NCBI GenBank assembly: GCA_963738405.1
Contig: CAVTWJ010000009.1
Location: forward strand, 224,001 to 288,000
Direction: 5' to 3'
DNA: 64,000 nt
Source of the DNA: a candidate division FCPU426 bacterium
Lineage (GTDB): Bacteria > Oederibacteriota > Muellerivitia > Muellerivitales > Muellerivitaceae
Part shown: positions 47,704 through 57,427 of the stretch, piece by piece
Layout of the letters: each line of letters begins with the position of its first letter
Numbering within the stretch: the stretch's first letter is position 1
Notes under the pieces: generated by a model
The model's input: only the letters and a program-made list of their open reading frames with translations
What the model was told of the DNA's origin: nothing
The model's database searches: none
Translations under genes and position numbers: made by a program

Positions 47704-50451
47704 ATGTTGTTTGATCAACTTGAACCCAAGGGATGGATTTTGAAAATCAAGTTTTCAATCTTTTTGGCGGTGTTAACGGGGTGCGGTGTTTTATTGCCGA
47801 CGGGCCGTCTTTGGGCCAACCCTTATGAGGAAGTCACCTCCGATGAGGCGGTTTATCAAAGGGTCAAGCACCTGGAGACCTACGGCCTTTTGGATCCTAC
47901 CGACCAGCAGGTTTTGGATCAGGGAAAAATCGTTACCCGGATGGAACTTGCCTTTTATACCGAAAAGGCCAAGGCCCGCATTGAGGCCCCCATGTTAGGC
48001 CCCGCGCCAGTCCCCGGTGCCCTAACGGTCCCGACACCCGAAATCACCATTCCCTCTAACCTTGAGGTTTTGCCGCCTACGCTTCCGACCGCCACCCCGG
48101 TTTCTGCCGCTCCCACCCCTGCCGTGCCCGAGCCTGTGGTTCCCTCGACTCCCGAAGTTCCCACGGCTATTCCGACCCTGGCGCCCAACTATCCCCCAGC
48201 CGCTAAGGCCGAAATTGAGCAGCTTTTAAAAGAACTCAGTGACTCCACCCAGATTTTAAAAACCCGTTTGGCCTTGGAAGACGAACGCTTGAAAGACCGG
48301 GAAGCGGAATTGGAAAACCTCAAAACCGTTCAGGATGACGTGGATAGCGTCTGGAAAAAAGCCAACAAATCGGTGGGGATTCCTAATTTCAACACCAATA
48401 CCAATACCCGCTTCGAGAATTTGAACATCTCCGGCATCGCCTCGCAAAGCGCCACCAAGATTTTGCAGGAAGCCTGGGTGGGCATGTACACCGATTTAGG
48501 GGGCGTGGGCACCCTTTCCACCGGCTTCGGCATGATCCTTCCCTTCGATAATTACTCGGCTAAGGTTCAGGTGGCGGGCGTAGGAACAGCCCCGGCTTCC
48601 ATCTACCTCGGCAACCCGAGCGCCAACTTCCACCTTTACGGCGACTTGGGCAAGTGGGACACCACCTTCGCGGTGGAATGCTACCAGCCGGACACCACCT
48701 TCGGGCCCTTCAGCCGGGGCATCGCCAATACCGCCATCAAGCGTTTTGAGAACCCTTTTGACATCAAAAACTTCAACGACGACAAGAACGCCAAAAACTG
48801 GGACGACTACATGTCCCAGGTCAGCTATGTCCCCGCCTACTCGGCCAACGCGGGAAACGTGCAATCCGCCAGCGACCGGGTGTTTGACGGCATGTACGCG
48901 ACAGGGCGGCAGGTGCCCTGGCTGGGGCCGGACGGGCGGATGACTTTTATGGTGGGCCGCATGGGGGAAACCCCGACCCAAACCCAGCGGTGGGAAGAGG
49001 GCCTGAAGATCGACCAGCCCTGGGCCGACAGCCTGGTGCGCACGTCGGTGGCTGTAGAATGGATCAATGACAATTTCGGGGTCGTGCAGCCCCTTCAGCC
49101 CCAGTTGGATTTGAAAGATTACGAAGCCGATATCCACTTAAACCTGAACGCGGTGCAGGTGGACTTCGACGGCGGATTCTCTCATTTCTATACCGGCTCC
49201 GAAATAGCGGGGCCCGTTTACCTGAACACGGGCAACGCCATCGTGGACAACAGCGCTATCGAGTCGGGCGCGGGCCAGGCCTCCATCGCCTTTTACCCCT
49301 TCACGCTTTTTGGGTTCGCCATCGGCGACACCTACGCCGATTACCAAAGCAAGGTCACCATGAGCGGGCTTAACTTTTTCCATTACGGACTCTATTTCAA
49401 TCCCAGTGATTTTAACGACGTGTACGGGGCCATCGGGGAAGTGGACAATCTTCAAACCGACCGATACGGCTGGCGTTTCAACTTTGGGTGGAATGGGCGA
49501 AAACAAGAGTTCATGAAAAAGTGGCCGTCTTTCCTGGATGGTATCGTGATCAACTTGGATGTGGCGCAAAAGTCGGAATTCGTTTCCGTTCAAGACCCCA
49601 TGGGCTACAACACCATCGAGCCCTCGCAATTCTTAAGTTTTTACTACCCCGACGACGAGGGTCTTTGGGGCTTGGATATGTGGGGAAACTATTCTCCCAA
49701 CGTCAACCCGATCCGTCAGGACTACATTAACAACATTCAAAGCCTAAGAAACGACGGGGATATCTTGAACGATGACGCAAGGTACCAGTTCCGCATGACC
49801 TCCGAGCGCCTCCCCTTGATTCTTCCTATCTATAACAACGGCGGCACCCTCAGCCTCGCCCCCGCCAACCCGAACCAGGCCCCCGCCACCTACACGAGCG
49901 GCCTTTCCAAGGGCTACAACGAGTACGCTAACCTGCAGGATCTTAAAAGCTACAACTACATCACCCTCACCACCAAGCTCAAGGTGGGGCAATGGTTGAA
50001 TTCAAATCCCCTGGATCTTTCCTTCTTCATGACGATCAACCAGGTTTCCGCCTCCAGTTCCAACGCCTATAGCTACTTGAACCCCAACCTGGCGGGCTCC
50101 GCTACAACAGCCTCCCCGGGCTCCCCCTCTTCCACCTCCCCCTCGGTTTTTTCAGACAATATCCCGAACCTTTTCACCCAGCAGGTGTTTGACGGCGCCA
50201 TCATGATTAATGTGGTTAAAGACCTGGATTTGATGGGCGACATCGGCGTGGAAACCTGGAACTCCAATTACACCTACCCGCTAGTCAATTACCAAACCAA
50301 CGCCTACGGCCTCGGATTCGCATGGGACCTTCCCTGGGGCGGCGGCAAGATGGAATGGCGATATAAACATATCGATTTCGCGGACGCCTACGTGCCCGCC
50401 AATGATTATTCGGGCGACCAGTTTTTCACCAAAATTAAATTCATGTTTTAA
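47704..50451 (+). CDS. SLH-like / Pro-rich / coiled-coil / beta-barrel outer-membrane protein 1
   Basis: Signal peptide, YQRVKHLETYGLL...VTRMELA, Pro-rich linker, heptads, C-terminal KIKFMF. Confidence 0.7.
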   Translation: MLFDQLEPKGWILKIKFSIFLAVLTGCGVLLPTGRLWANPYEEVTSDEAVYQRVKHLETYGLLDPTDQQVLDQGKIVTRMELAFYTEKAKARIEAPMLGPAPVPGALTVPTPEITIPSNLEVLPPTLPTATPVSAAPTPAVPEPVVPSTPEVPTAIPTLAPNYPPAAKAEIEQLLKELSDSTQILKTRLALEDERLKDREAELENLKTVQDDVDSVWKKANKSVGIPNFNTNTNTRFENLNISGIASQSATKILQEAWVGMYTDLGGVGTLSTGFGMILPFDNYSAKVQVAGVGTAPASIYLGNPSANFHLYGDLGKWDTTFAVECYQPDTTFGPFSRGIANTAIKRFENPFDIKNFNDDKNAKNWDDYMSQVSYVPAYSANAGNVQSASDRVFDGMYATGRQVPWLGPDGRMTFMVGRMGETPTQTQRWEEGLKIDQPWADSLVRTSVAVEWINDNFGVVQPLQPQLDLKDYEADIHLNLNAVQVDFDGGFSHFYTGSEIAGPVYLNTGNAIVDNSAIESGAGQASIAFYPFTLFGFAIGDTYADYQSKVTMSGLNFFHYGLYFNPSDFNDVYGAIGEVDNLQTDRYGWRFNFGWNGRKQEFMKKWPSFLDGIVINLDVAQKSEFVSVQDPMGYNTIEPSQFLSFYYPDDEGLWGLDMWGNYSPNVNPIRQDYINNIQSLRNDGDILNDDARYQFRMTSERLPLILPIYNNGGTLSLAPANPNQAPATYTSGLSKGYNEYANLQDLKSYNYITLTTKLKVGQWLNSNPLDLSFFMTINQVSASSSNAYSYLNPNLAGSATTASPGSPSSTSPSVFSDNIPNLFTQQVFDGAIMINVVKDLDLMGDIGVETWNSNYTYPLVNYQTNAYGLGFAWDLPWGGGKMEWRYKHIDFADAYVPANDYSGDQFFTKIKFMF

Positions 50452-50456
50452 CGGAA

Positions 50457-52763
50457 TTGAGAACATTGAGACCCAAAGCGCTGTTTAAAAAAACCTTCAC
50501 CGCCGCCTGGCTCCTTTTGGGGCTGGTCCTGCCCGCTTGGGCCGAGCATGGCCGTTTGGCCACGACCCAACGCGACCCTTGGATCAATGCGGCGGCTGAA
50601 AACCTGATTTTGTCCGGTATGGTTGCCGACCCCGGCAAGAATCCCGATCAGATGACCAACCTGGAAATGGCCCAATTGACCGCCAAGGCCTCCCAAATGA
50701 TCATGGCCCAGGCCGACCCAAACCTCCTGCCGATCCCCCTGGACGTCGATCCCGGCCTTCCCGAGCCCACCCTGCCCGCCGCTCCGGCGCCGGCTCCGGT
50801 TTTAAGCGCCGCCGCCATGCCGGATCAGGTGGTTCCCTCCAAAAATCTGCAGCAATTGGTGGAAGAGTTCGCGGAGGAACTGACGGCCATGGGGCTTCAG
50901 GTGGACCAGATTGAGCAGCGCCTGGATGACGCGGAAATCCGAAATGAGGTATTCGCCGCCCTTCAGAAAAAATACCTGACCCAATCAGGAACCGAAGTGG
51001 GCGGGGAATCGCGCGGTTTCATGTATCAGTACCGGGGCTTCGGCACCAACGCCGCCTATCCGGCGATGGACTATAACGCGGCCATCTACATGCAAATGGA
51101 CCTTCGAAGCGTGCCAGTCCCCGACGTTCTTTTTAACGTCAGCTTCCGGTTCTGGCGATCGATCGGTATGTACTACCAGGATCCGATCCAACCCAATTAC
51201 CAGCTGCGCTGGTTCAGCCTCGCTGGCTATGGCGACGCGGCCACCATCACGGGCGGTGATTTTTACAAGAGCTACACGCCCTTCACCCTTTGGAACGCCA
51301 ACACCCCCGTTTATACCCTGATCGAACCGACCTCCTTTAATCGGGTGCGCAACGACCAGGAGGATCTTCTTTACCTCAACCATGGAACGGACTGGAAACT
51401 CCGGGGCTTTCACGGGGCCGTGGGCCAAGCCTGGGGCACCAGTTGGGACTTGAGCAGTTATAACGTAGATACCATGGTGGGGGTCATGCAGGACCCGGGC
51501 GACAACATCGGAGCCATCAGTTTCGGCAATTATTTCGCGGGGAGCCAGGCATCGCTCGGGTTCCTCCAGCAGAATCTTTTTCTGGGAGCTACGGGCCTTC
51601 TGCTTTGGCAGGATTCGGGCAGCGCCAATGTGCCTTATTTCCCAGACTATCCGGATAATTACGCCAAGCAATACCAGGTGGGAAGCGTTTGGTCCAAGGC
51701 GGGCATTCCCTTCGATGAAAACGTCAAGCTGACGGGCGCTTTCGAGAGCGCCTTCAGCCAATATGACGACGATTCCAGCGACGCCAACAAGACTTTCCAT
51801 GATTGGGCCCTTTCGGCGGAAGGCGCCCTGGAAGTCTACGGGCTGAAGCTCTCGGCCAAGTACTTGAACGTGGGTCCCTACTTCTATTCCCCCGGCGCCC
51901 AAGCTAACCGCTATTCCCCCGACTCCGCGGCCCAGGGTTATTTGACCACCAACCTAACCGGATTGGATGACGGCGCCCCCGGGCTTCTCAACCAAAGCCC
52001 CTTCCAGGGTGTGAACCGCCCCTTCTTCGCCCCCTATGACAGAACCGCCGAAAATATTCTTCCCTACGGGGATGCCACTCCCAACCGCCAGGTTTTCAAG
52101 CTGGGTCTTTCCGGAGCCGTGGGGGAGAGGGGCTGGCTCCAACCCAAGGCGTCGGTGGTCATCAACGCCCAAGAAATAGCTCCCAACTATGTTTTAAATG
52201 CCTTGGGCATTGGCTCGATCCCCGTGGATAGCCAAACCAACACCACCGTGGGCCGGACCTTCGGTGGGTGGGAGGGCGCCCTCGCTTTGGATTTCGCAAA
52301 GATGGCGAACCTGCCTGGAAAAACCTACGACGTCCAATTCGACTATAAAAATCAAACCACCGATTTAGGCATCGGCGCGGCTCCCTTTACCTCGAATACG
52401 ATCATCGGCGGCGCGGATTTTAACATTCCCGTCCGGGCCCTTTCTTCCCTCGTTTGGTCGGCGGCCTTTGAGCAGGTTCAAAGCACCGGCAGCGAATACG
52501 TTTTGACCGGCCAAGGCAATCCACCCGATTTGGGCCAATATGTTTTTTACGTGGACCCCTATTCGGCCACCAGCACCATTCCCCAATTCACCTACCAGGC
52601 CTTGAATTTGACCCGGCAAACCTGGGCCTTCGGGGTGAAATATCCCTTGAGCAGCCTCGTGAATATCCGCATGGATTGTTTCTTTACCAGCTACAACTGG
52701 GCCGACCAACCCTGGGACCGTAATGATGAAATTTGGAGATTCACTTATGAAGCCCATTATTAA
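50457..52763 (+). CDS. SLH-like / coiled-coil / beta-barrel outer-membrane protein 2
   Basis: DPW...ENLILSGMV...MTNLEMA, LQQLVEEFAEELTAMGLQVDQIEQRL, C-terminal FTYEAHY. Confidence 0.72.
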   Translation: MRTLRPKALFKKTFTAAWLLLGLVLPAWAEHGRLATTQRDPWINAAAENLILSGMVADPGKNPDQMTNLEMAQLTAKASQMIMAQADPNLLPIPLDVDPGLPEPTLPAAPAPAPVLSAAAMPDQVVPSKNLQQLVEEFAEELTAMGLQVDQIEQRLDDAEIRNEVFAALQKKYLTQSGTEVGGESRGFMYQYRGFGTNAAYPAMDYNAAIYMQMDLRSVPVPDVLFNVSFRFWRSIGMYYQDPIQPNYQLRWFSLAGYGDAATITGGDFYKSYTPFTLWNANTPVYTLIEPTSFNRVRNDQEDLLYLNHGTDWKLRGFHGAVGQAWGTSWDLSSYNVDTMVGVMQDPGDNIGAISFGNYFAGSQASLGFLQQNLFLGATGLLLWQDSGSANVPYFPDYPDNYAKQYQVGSVWSKAGIPFDENVKLTGAFESAFSQYDDDSSDANKTFHDWALSAEGALEVYGLKLSAKYLNVGPYFYSPGAQANRYSPDSAAQGYLTTNLTGLDDGAPGLLNQSPFQGVNRPFFAPYDRTAENILPYGDATPNRQVFKLGLSGAVGERGWLQPKASVVINAQEIAPNYVLNALGIGSIPVDSQTNTTVGRTFGGWEGALALDFAKMANLPGKTYDVQFDYKNQTTDLGIGAAPFTSNTIIGGADFNIPVRALSSLVWSAAFEQVQSTGSEYVLTGQGNPPDLGQYVFYVDPYSATSTIPQFTYQALNLTRQTWAFGVKYPLSSLVNIRMDCFFTSYNWADQPWDRNDEIWRFTYEAHY

Positions 52764-55389
52764 TACCCAGCGCCGAATCGGCGCCCTGGTTTTCCTTTTC
52801 GCCCTGGGGTGGGCCTTTTCCGCCCTCGCGTCGGATACTTTGTTTTCTGTGGTGCCCGCTGGCGATGCCACCTATATGAAGCTGGGCCAATTGGAAAAGG
52901 CAGGTCTTCTGAACCCAGGAGATTCCCAGGGACCCTTAACCCGATTTGAAGTGGCCCATCTGATCAACAAGGCCCAAGGAAATATGTACGGCATTGAAGT
53001 GGCGCAGTTAGATGAGATCCCGCCGCCTCCCGATTCGGGGGCTCCCGCTCCTCCGTCTTCTTCTCCGGCACCTGCAGCCGCTCCCGCGAACGCGGCCCCT
53101 GCGCCTGTTGCCGCCGCAGGCGATGACTCCAGCATTCCGCCCCCGCCTGACTCTGGTACCGCCGCTTCCCCGGCCGCTGCCCAACCCGCGCCTGCTCCGG
53201 CTCCCGCCGCCCCAGCTCCCTCGGATGCCACCCTGCTTCCACCCCCGGATATGGGCGCGGCTCCAGCGATACCATCCCTTCCGGACACTGGCACCGCGCC
53301 ACCTCCGCCCCCGGCTCCCGATACCACGGCGCCCGCCGTTGCCGCCCCGGCCGCTCCAGCGCCTGCTGAGGCCACGGCAGTCCCGACCCCTTCAGCGACC
53401 CCGGAAGATCCAATGAAATGGGCCAAGTTGGCTGAGACCCTCAATAGCCTGGAGGACGCCTACCAGTATGAATTGAAAGACATCAAGGCGCCGGTCAATG
53501 ACCTCAACGACAAAACCCAGGCCCTGGAAAACGGCCAATATGACCTTTTGAAAAGGCTCAAAGGCATCGATGAATATCCCACCATCACCTGGCATGGCAT
53601 CGGTAGGGTCTTCGGGGCCGCCCAGCGTTTCACCAGTTCAGACCCGGGCTATACCCCTCCGCAAAACGATAATTTCCAGGGAAGAGGCTATATCGATTTC
53701 GAGCCCGTGGGCGTCATCGGCAAACAGATTCGTTGGGAATTGATCGTGCGTTACGGGACGGCCATGGTGGCCAATGATTCCCAGGCCATAGATAGCTTCC
53801 TACCCCGCCGGGGAACCATGGAACTCAAGACCCCCTGGTTTAGCGCCACCTTTGGGGATTTCGATGAGTCCTACACGCCCCTGACCCTTTGGAACCGTAA
53901 CAACCTAGATTTGCGCTGGGTTCCGGAAATGATGGCGCGGGAAGACGACACCTTGAAGTATGAGAGCTTCATGAACAACGAACCCAATTGGCCTTTTAGG
54001 GGCCTGCGCCTGGGTACGGAAATCGCCTGGCCCGACTCCACCTGGTTTGACCATTTCAACCTCTCCCTTATGGGAGATATTTTGCGAAACGGGTACAACG
54101 ACCTTTCCAGCGGGGGCAACTATTTTGGTCCGGGATTCTTCACCGACTATCTCTTCGCCGGAAAAACCCAATTGGCTACCAAGAGGCTTTTTCTAGGCGG
54201 TAACAGCAGCCTGAAATTTTCCTTTGACGCCTATGGGTTATTGTTATGGGAACCCATCTCAAGCCAAATGCCTGGAAGCCCCTACACGCCTTACGGCCCC
54301 ACCAATTGGGCCCACCAATACCAGATCTTCAGCTTGAAGCCTTCTTTCGAGGTATCCATGGGAGACGGTGTAGTGTTGGGCGGGTCCTGGGAAAGCGCGG
54401 GTTCGCTTTACGAGGATGATTCCCAAAACAGCACATCGAACGTGACCGATTGGGCCTTCATCGCGGGACCTTACTTGAAACTCGACCATTCCATCCTCTC
54501 CTTCAATTACCTGAACATCGGCCCGAATTTCTTCTCCCCCCTGGCCCAGACCCGCCAGGACGGGGTAACCACAGCGTTAAGCTTCAACCCCGCTAGCGGC
54601 CTGCCCACACCGGAGCTTTTTTCAGCCCCGCTCCGAAGCCAGTTTTTCCTTGCCGGGGTGCCCCGGGCCAACGATATCTTTTCATTCTATGACCGCACTG
54701 AAGACAATACCTTCCCCTATGGCTTGGCTACCCCCAATCGCCAAGGCGGGGGCATGGAATTGGACATCAAAACGTTGGAAAAAGACGCTTTTAAGATCAA
54801 TGGCTCGGTTTACTTCGTTCAGGAAATCGGTGGTAACCTTGTCTCGAGCTCCGGTGTGAACGGGTTCGTTGCCGTGGACGCCCCGGTGACCGCGACCATT
54901 CCGGTGCGTAATTTCACCTACGTGAACATTGGGCCTTCCATCAACCTGGGCCCCTTCATCGATGATCCGGAAGATTTGGTGATCGGGACGAACGTACGCT
55001 TTGAACAAACCAACAGCTCCATCGGAACCCTCACCAGCGTTTGGGCCTTGGGCGGGGTAGAAGCGGGCTTGTTTTCTTGGTGGCACACGGCCCTGTCTTT
55101 CGGGGTGGATAACGTGAGCGGATCGGAAGCGGGTTACAACGGAACCACGATGGCCCGGTATTCATACCTATTCAACAACCAGGATTTGGGACTTTACCAG
55201 CCTTTTACCATCAACGGCACCAATAACAGCCTCCGGCTGTCGACGGCCTTTACATTGAATCGGAACTCCAAGCTGTACCTGGATTACGATTACACCTTTG
55301 GCAACGCGGTTCCTTATTTCGGCACGACCCCCAACGGGGGCAACCTGAACAACCAGTTCGCGGAGTTAACTTATGAAATCCTCTTCTAA
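52747..55389 (+). CDS. SLH-like / Pro-Ala-rich / coiled-coil / beta-barrel outer-membrane protein 3
   Basis: FSVVPAGDATY..L.QLEKAGLL...LTRFEVA, about 130 aa Pro/Ala linker, C-terminal LTYEILF; GGAG RBS before ATG 52747. Confidence 0.75.
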   Translation: MKPIINTQRRIGALVFLFALGWAFSALASDTLFSVVPAGDATYMKLGQLEKAGLLNPGDSQGPLTRFEVAHLINKAQGNMYGIEVAQLDEIPPPPDSGAPAPPSSSPAPAAAPANAAPAPVAAAGDDSSIPPPPDSGTAASPAAAQPAPAPAPAAPAPSDATLLPPPDMGAAPAIPSLPDTGTAPPPPPAPDTTAPAVAAPAAPAPAEATAVPTPSATPEDPMKWAKLAETLNSLEDAYQYELKDIKAPVNDLNDKTQALENGQYDLLKRLKGIDEYPTITWHGIGRVFGAAQRFTSSDPGYTPPQNDNFQGRGYIDFEPVGVIGKQIRWELIVRYGTAMVANDSQAIDSFLPRRGTMELKTPWFSATFGDFDESYTPLTLWNRNNLDLRWVPEMMAREDDTLKYESFMNNEPNWPFRGLRLGTEIAWPDSTWFDHFNLSLMGDILRNGYNDLSSGGNYFGPGFFTDYLFAGKTQLATKRLFLGGNSSLKFSFDAYGLLLWEPISSQMPGSPYTPYGPTNWAHQYQIFSLKPSFEVSMGDGVVLGGSWESAGSLYEDDSQNSTSNVTDWAFIAGPYLKLDHSILSFNYLNIGPNFFSPLAQTRQDGVTTALSFNPASGLPTPELFSAPLRSQFFLAGVPRANDIFSFYDRTEDNTFPYGLATPNRQGGGMELDIKTLEKDAFKINGSVYFVQEIGGNLVSSSGVNGFVAVDAPVTATIPVRNFTYVNIGPSINLGPFIDDPEDLVIGTNVRFEQTNSSIGTLTSVWALGGVEAGLFSWWHTALSFGVDNVSGSEAGYNGTTMARYSYLFNNQDLGLYQPFTINGTNNSLRLSTAFTLNRNSKLYLDYDYTFGNAVPYFGTTPNGGNLNNQFAELTYEILF

Positions 55390-56293
55390 ACGGCGAAAAA
55401 GCCTTTTAGGCAAAAAAAACGCCAGGCCCGTTTTATTAGGCTTGGGGCTTCTTTGGGCTGTGGCCGCGGGATTATTAGTGATCATCGGCTGCCAAAACAG
55501 CATCCCCCCCCTGGGAACCTATGGAGCCCCTGTTTCCCAGGTCAACCGAGACTTGGTGGCCGATTTCAGCTTGAACGGATTAATTCCCTATAACACCCCT
55601 TCCGTCTTGCCCGTCCAATCCATTACTGGGCCTGTACTTGACAGCACCGGCAAACCGGTATTGAGCTACCCGATCAATCCCAACCTCTTTGAAAACAACA
55701 ACCCGCCTACCTACACCATCAAAAACCAGGGCGCGGTGACGCTCCTCAACAATTTCGCGGCCTACCTTAATTTCTTTTCCTGGGGGCTTTACGGCCCCGG
55801 GGCCAATGGGGCCCCTTACGGTTACCGTGTTTACGGCACCGTGACCGACAAGGGGGACGCAGCCTTCCCCGAAATGGACATTTGCGCTTACATGGAATCG
55901 GGCGGCGCCTTCTATGACGCCAGCAACTTTACCGGGGTCGATTTCTATCTTAAGGTCGCCAGCGACGACACCTGCCTGGAACGGCATTTCGAGATACCGG
56001 TTTTCCAAACCACCGCGCCGACGGAAGGGGGAGGATGTCAGGCCGGGCCCCACCTTTGCTCGGACCATTTCTCGGCCGACGTTACCTCGGGCACCGGCGG
56101 ACAGTGGGAATTCTTCAGGTATAACTTCAGCGACTTGAAACAGCTGGTGCCAGGGGCCATTCCCGATCCACCCACCTTGAGTGGAAACAACCTCAAGCAG
56201 ATGATGTGGCTGGTATGGATGGGGGCCCGAAACAACAAGGCGGGCACTTCCACCGTGGACATTTCGGTGGATGACGTGGAATTTTTCAAATAG
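55373..56293 (+). CDS. Lipoprotein with CBM11/CIA30-like domain (paralog 2)
   Basis: IIGC lipobox-like; G.VTDKGD, YDASNFTGVDFY, GGGC...CSDHF, ISVDDVEFF. Confidence 0.72.
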   Translation: MKSSSKRRKSLLGKKNARPVLLGLGLLWAVAAGLLVIIGCQNSIPPLGTYGAPVSQVNRDLVADFSLNGLIPYNTPSVLPVQSITGPVLDSTGKPVLSYPINPNLFENNNPPTYTIKNQGAVTLLNNFAAYLNFFSWGLYGPGANGAPYGYRVYGTVTDKGDAAFPEMDICAYMESGGAFYDASNFTGVDFYLKVASDDTCLERHFEIPVFQTTAPTEGGGCQAGPHLCSDHFSADVTSGTGGQWEFFRYNFSDLKQLVPGAIPDPPTLSGNNLKQMMWLVWMGARNNKAGTSTVDISVDDVEFFK

Positions 56294-56345
56294 TGATAAA
56301 CTTTTAAAGAAGGGCCCAAGGGCGTTTTGGGCGGGAGGCGTCTCA

Positions 56346-57278
56346 ATGAAAAAACAATGGTTTGGGATAGGACTAGGGGTCTTAGGTGTCGTCTTGGCCG
56401 CCCTTCCTCTATTACTTTCCCAGGGTTGCAATAGTACCAACCCAACACTATCCTCCGTGGTTCCCACCCCTTCGGTTAACGGTATGGTTAGTAATTTCGC
56501 GCAAGGTTCCCTTAACACCTACCCAGCCTTTTCCTCAACCGGCTATTTCAACTACCAAGTCACAGGTGGCGCCCCGGGCTTCCCCAACATGATCGACGGT
56601 AGCAGCACGCCTTATATTTTGGAGCCCAACCCCAATCCCGCCCCCGGCGGAAGCCCCTACGCCATCCACATTTGGGGGGTCCAGACCGATTATTGCCCGC
56701 CTTTTAACCCCAACAATTGCACCAATCCCCAATGCACGGGTTACCCCGCCTACCAAACCTTTTGCTACCTGAAAAACGACCCGGCGAATCCCCTTTACGA
56801 TGTTTCGGGATATACGGGAATCGAATTTTGGATGAATATTCCCCCCAAAGTCGTATCCGGCGGGGTAACGACGGGAGACGCTAATCCCCAGGAACGGTTC
56901 GCTATCGGGGCCGCTCCCGAAGTGCCGACCACCACCGACCAGGGCGGTCTTTGCCCCCCTCCCTTCGGCACCAATTGCTATAACTATTTTTGGTATCAAA
57001 CCAAGCTGGGACCCACGCCAGGTTGGAAGCAATTTCAAATCCCCTTTTCCATGCTGAAGATGGACGCCGGATACGCCTATATCGGAGGCGGCGCCTCTGC
57101 GGCGCAGACCTTGATGCCCGGAAGCGCGGTGGCCTTCAACTACACGGGGCTTAACAAGGGAGGGACCAACTGTAATTTCGAGAAACAGGCGCTTTTCCTT
57201 CTCTGGAAATTTACCGATAACGGTGCTTGTGGTACTACCAACACTGATTACTGGATCGATAACGTCCAGTTCTATTAA
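56346..57278 (+). CDS. Cys-rich lipoprotein with CBM11/CIA30-like domain (paralog 3)
   Basis: GGAGG RBS, SQGC, YDVSGYTGIEFW, GGLC...CYNYF, YWIDNVQFY. Confidence 0.72.
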   Translation: MKKQWFGIGLGVLGVVLAALPLLLSQGCNSTNPTLSSVVPTPSVNGMVSNFAQGSLNTYPAFSSTGYFNYQVTGGAPGFPNMIDGSSTPYILEPNPNPAPGGSPYAIHIWGVQTDYCPPFNPNNCTNPQCTGYPAYQTFCYLKNDPANPLYDVSGYTGIEFWMNIPPKVVSGGVTTGDANPQERFAIGAAPEVPTTTDQGGLCPPPFGTNCYNYFWYQTKLGPTPGWKQFQIPFSMLKMDAGYAYIGGGASAAQTLMPGSAVAFNYTGLNKGGTNCNFEKQALFLLWKFTDNGACGTTNTDYWIDNVQFY

Positions 57279-57294
57279 ACCCAAACAATCACTC

Positions 57295-57326
57295 GGGCGG
57301 TCCCTGTAAAAGGGGCCGCCTTTTTT
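57295..57326 (+). terminator. Rho-independent terminator
   Basis: GGCGGTCCCT-GTAAA-AGGGGCCGCC plus T run. Confidence 0.85.
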
Positions 57327-57427
57327 GTTTTATCCCCTTTTCGGGCGCCAAACCATTCTTCTTTTTCGCAAAACCCTCGCCTATACTAGCCCCCTTTGAA
57401 ATAAGCCATTCGGGAAGAGGATTTTAA

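Noticed and set aside
53020..53400. GC-rich repeats and overlapping alternative ORFs
   Set aside because: Explained by the Pro/Ala linker of barrel protein 3
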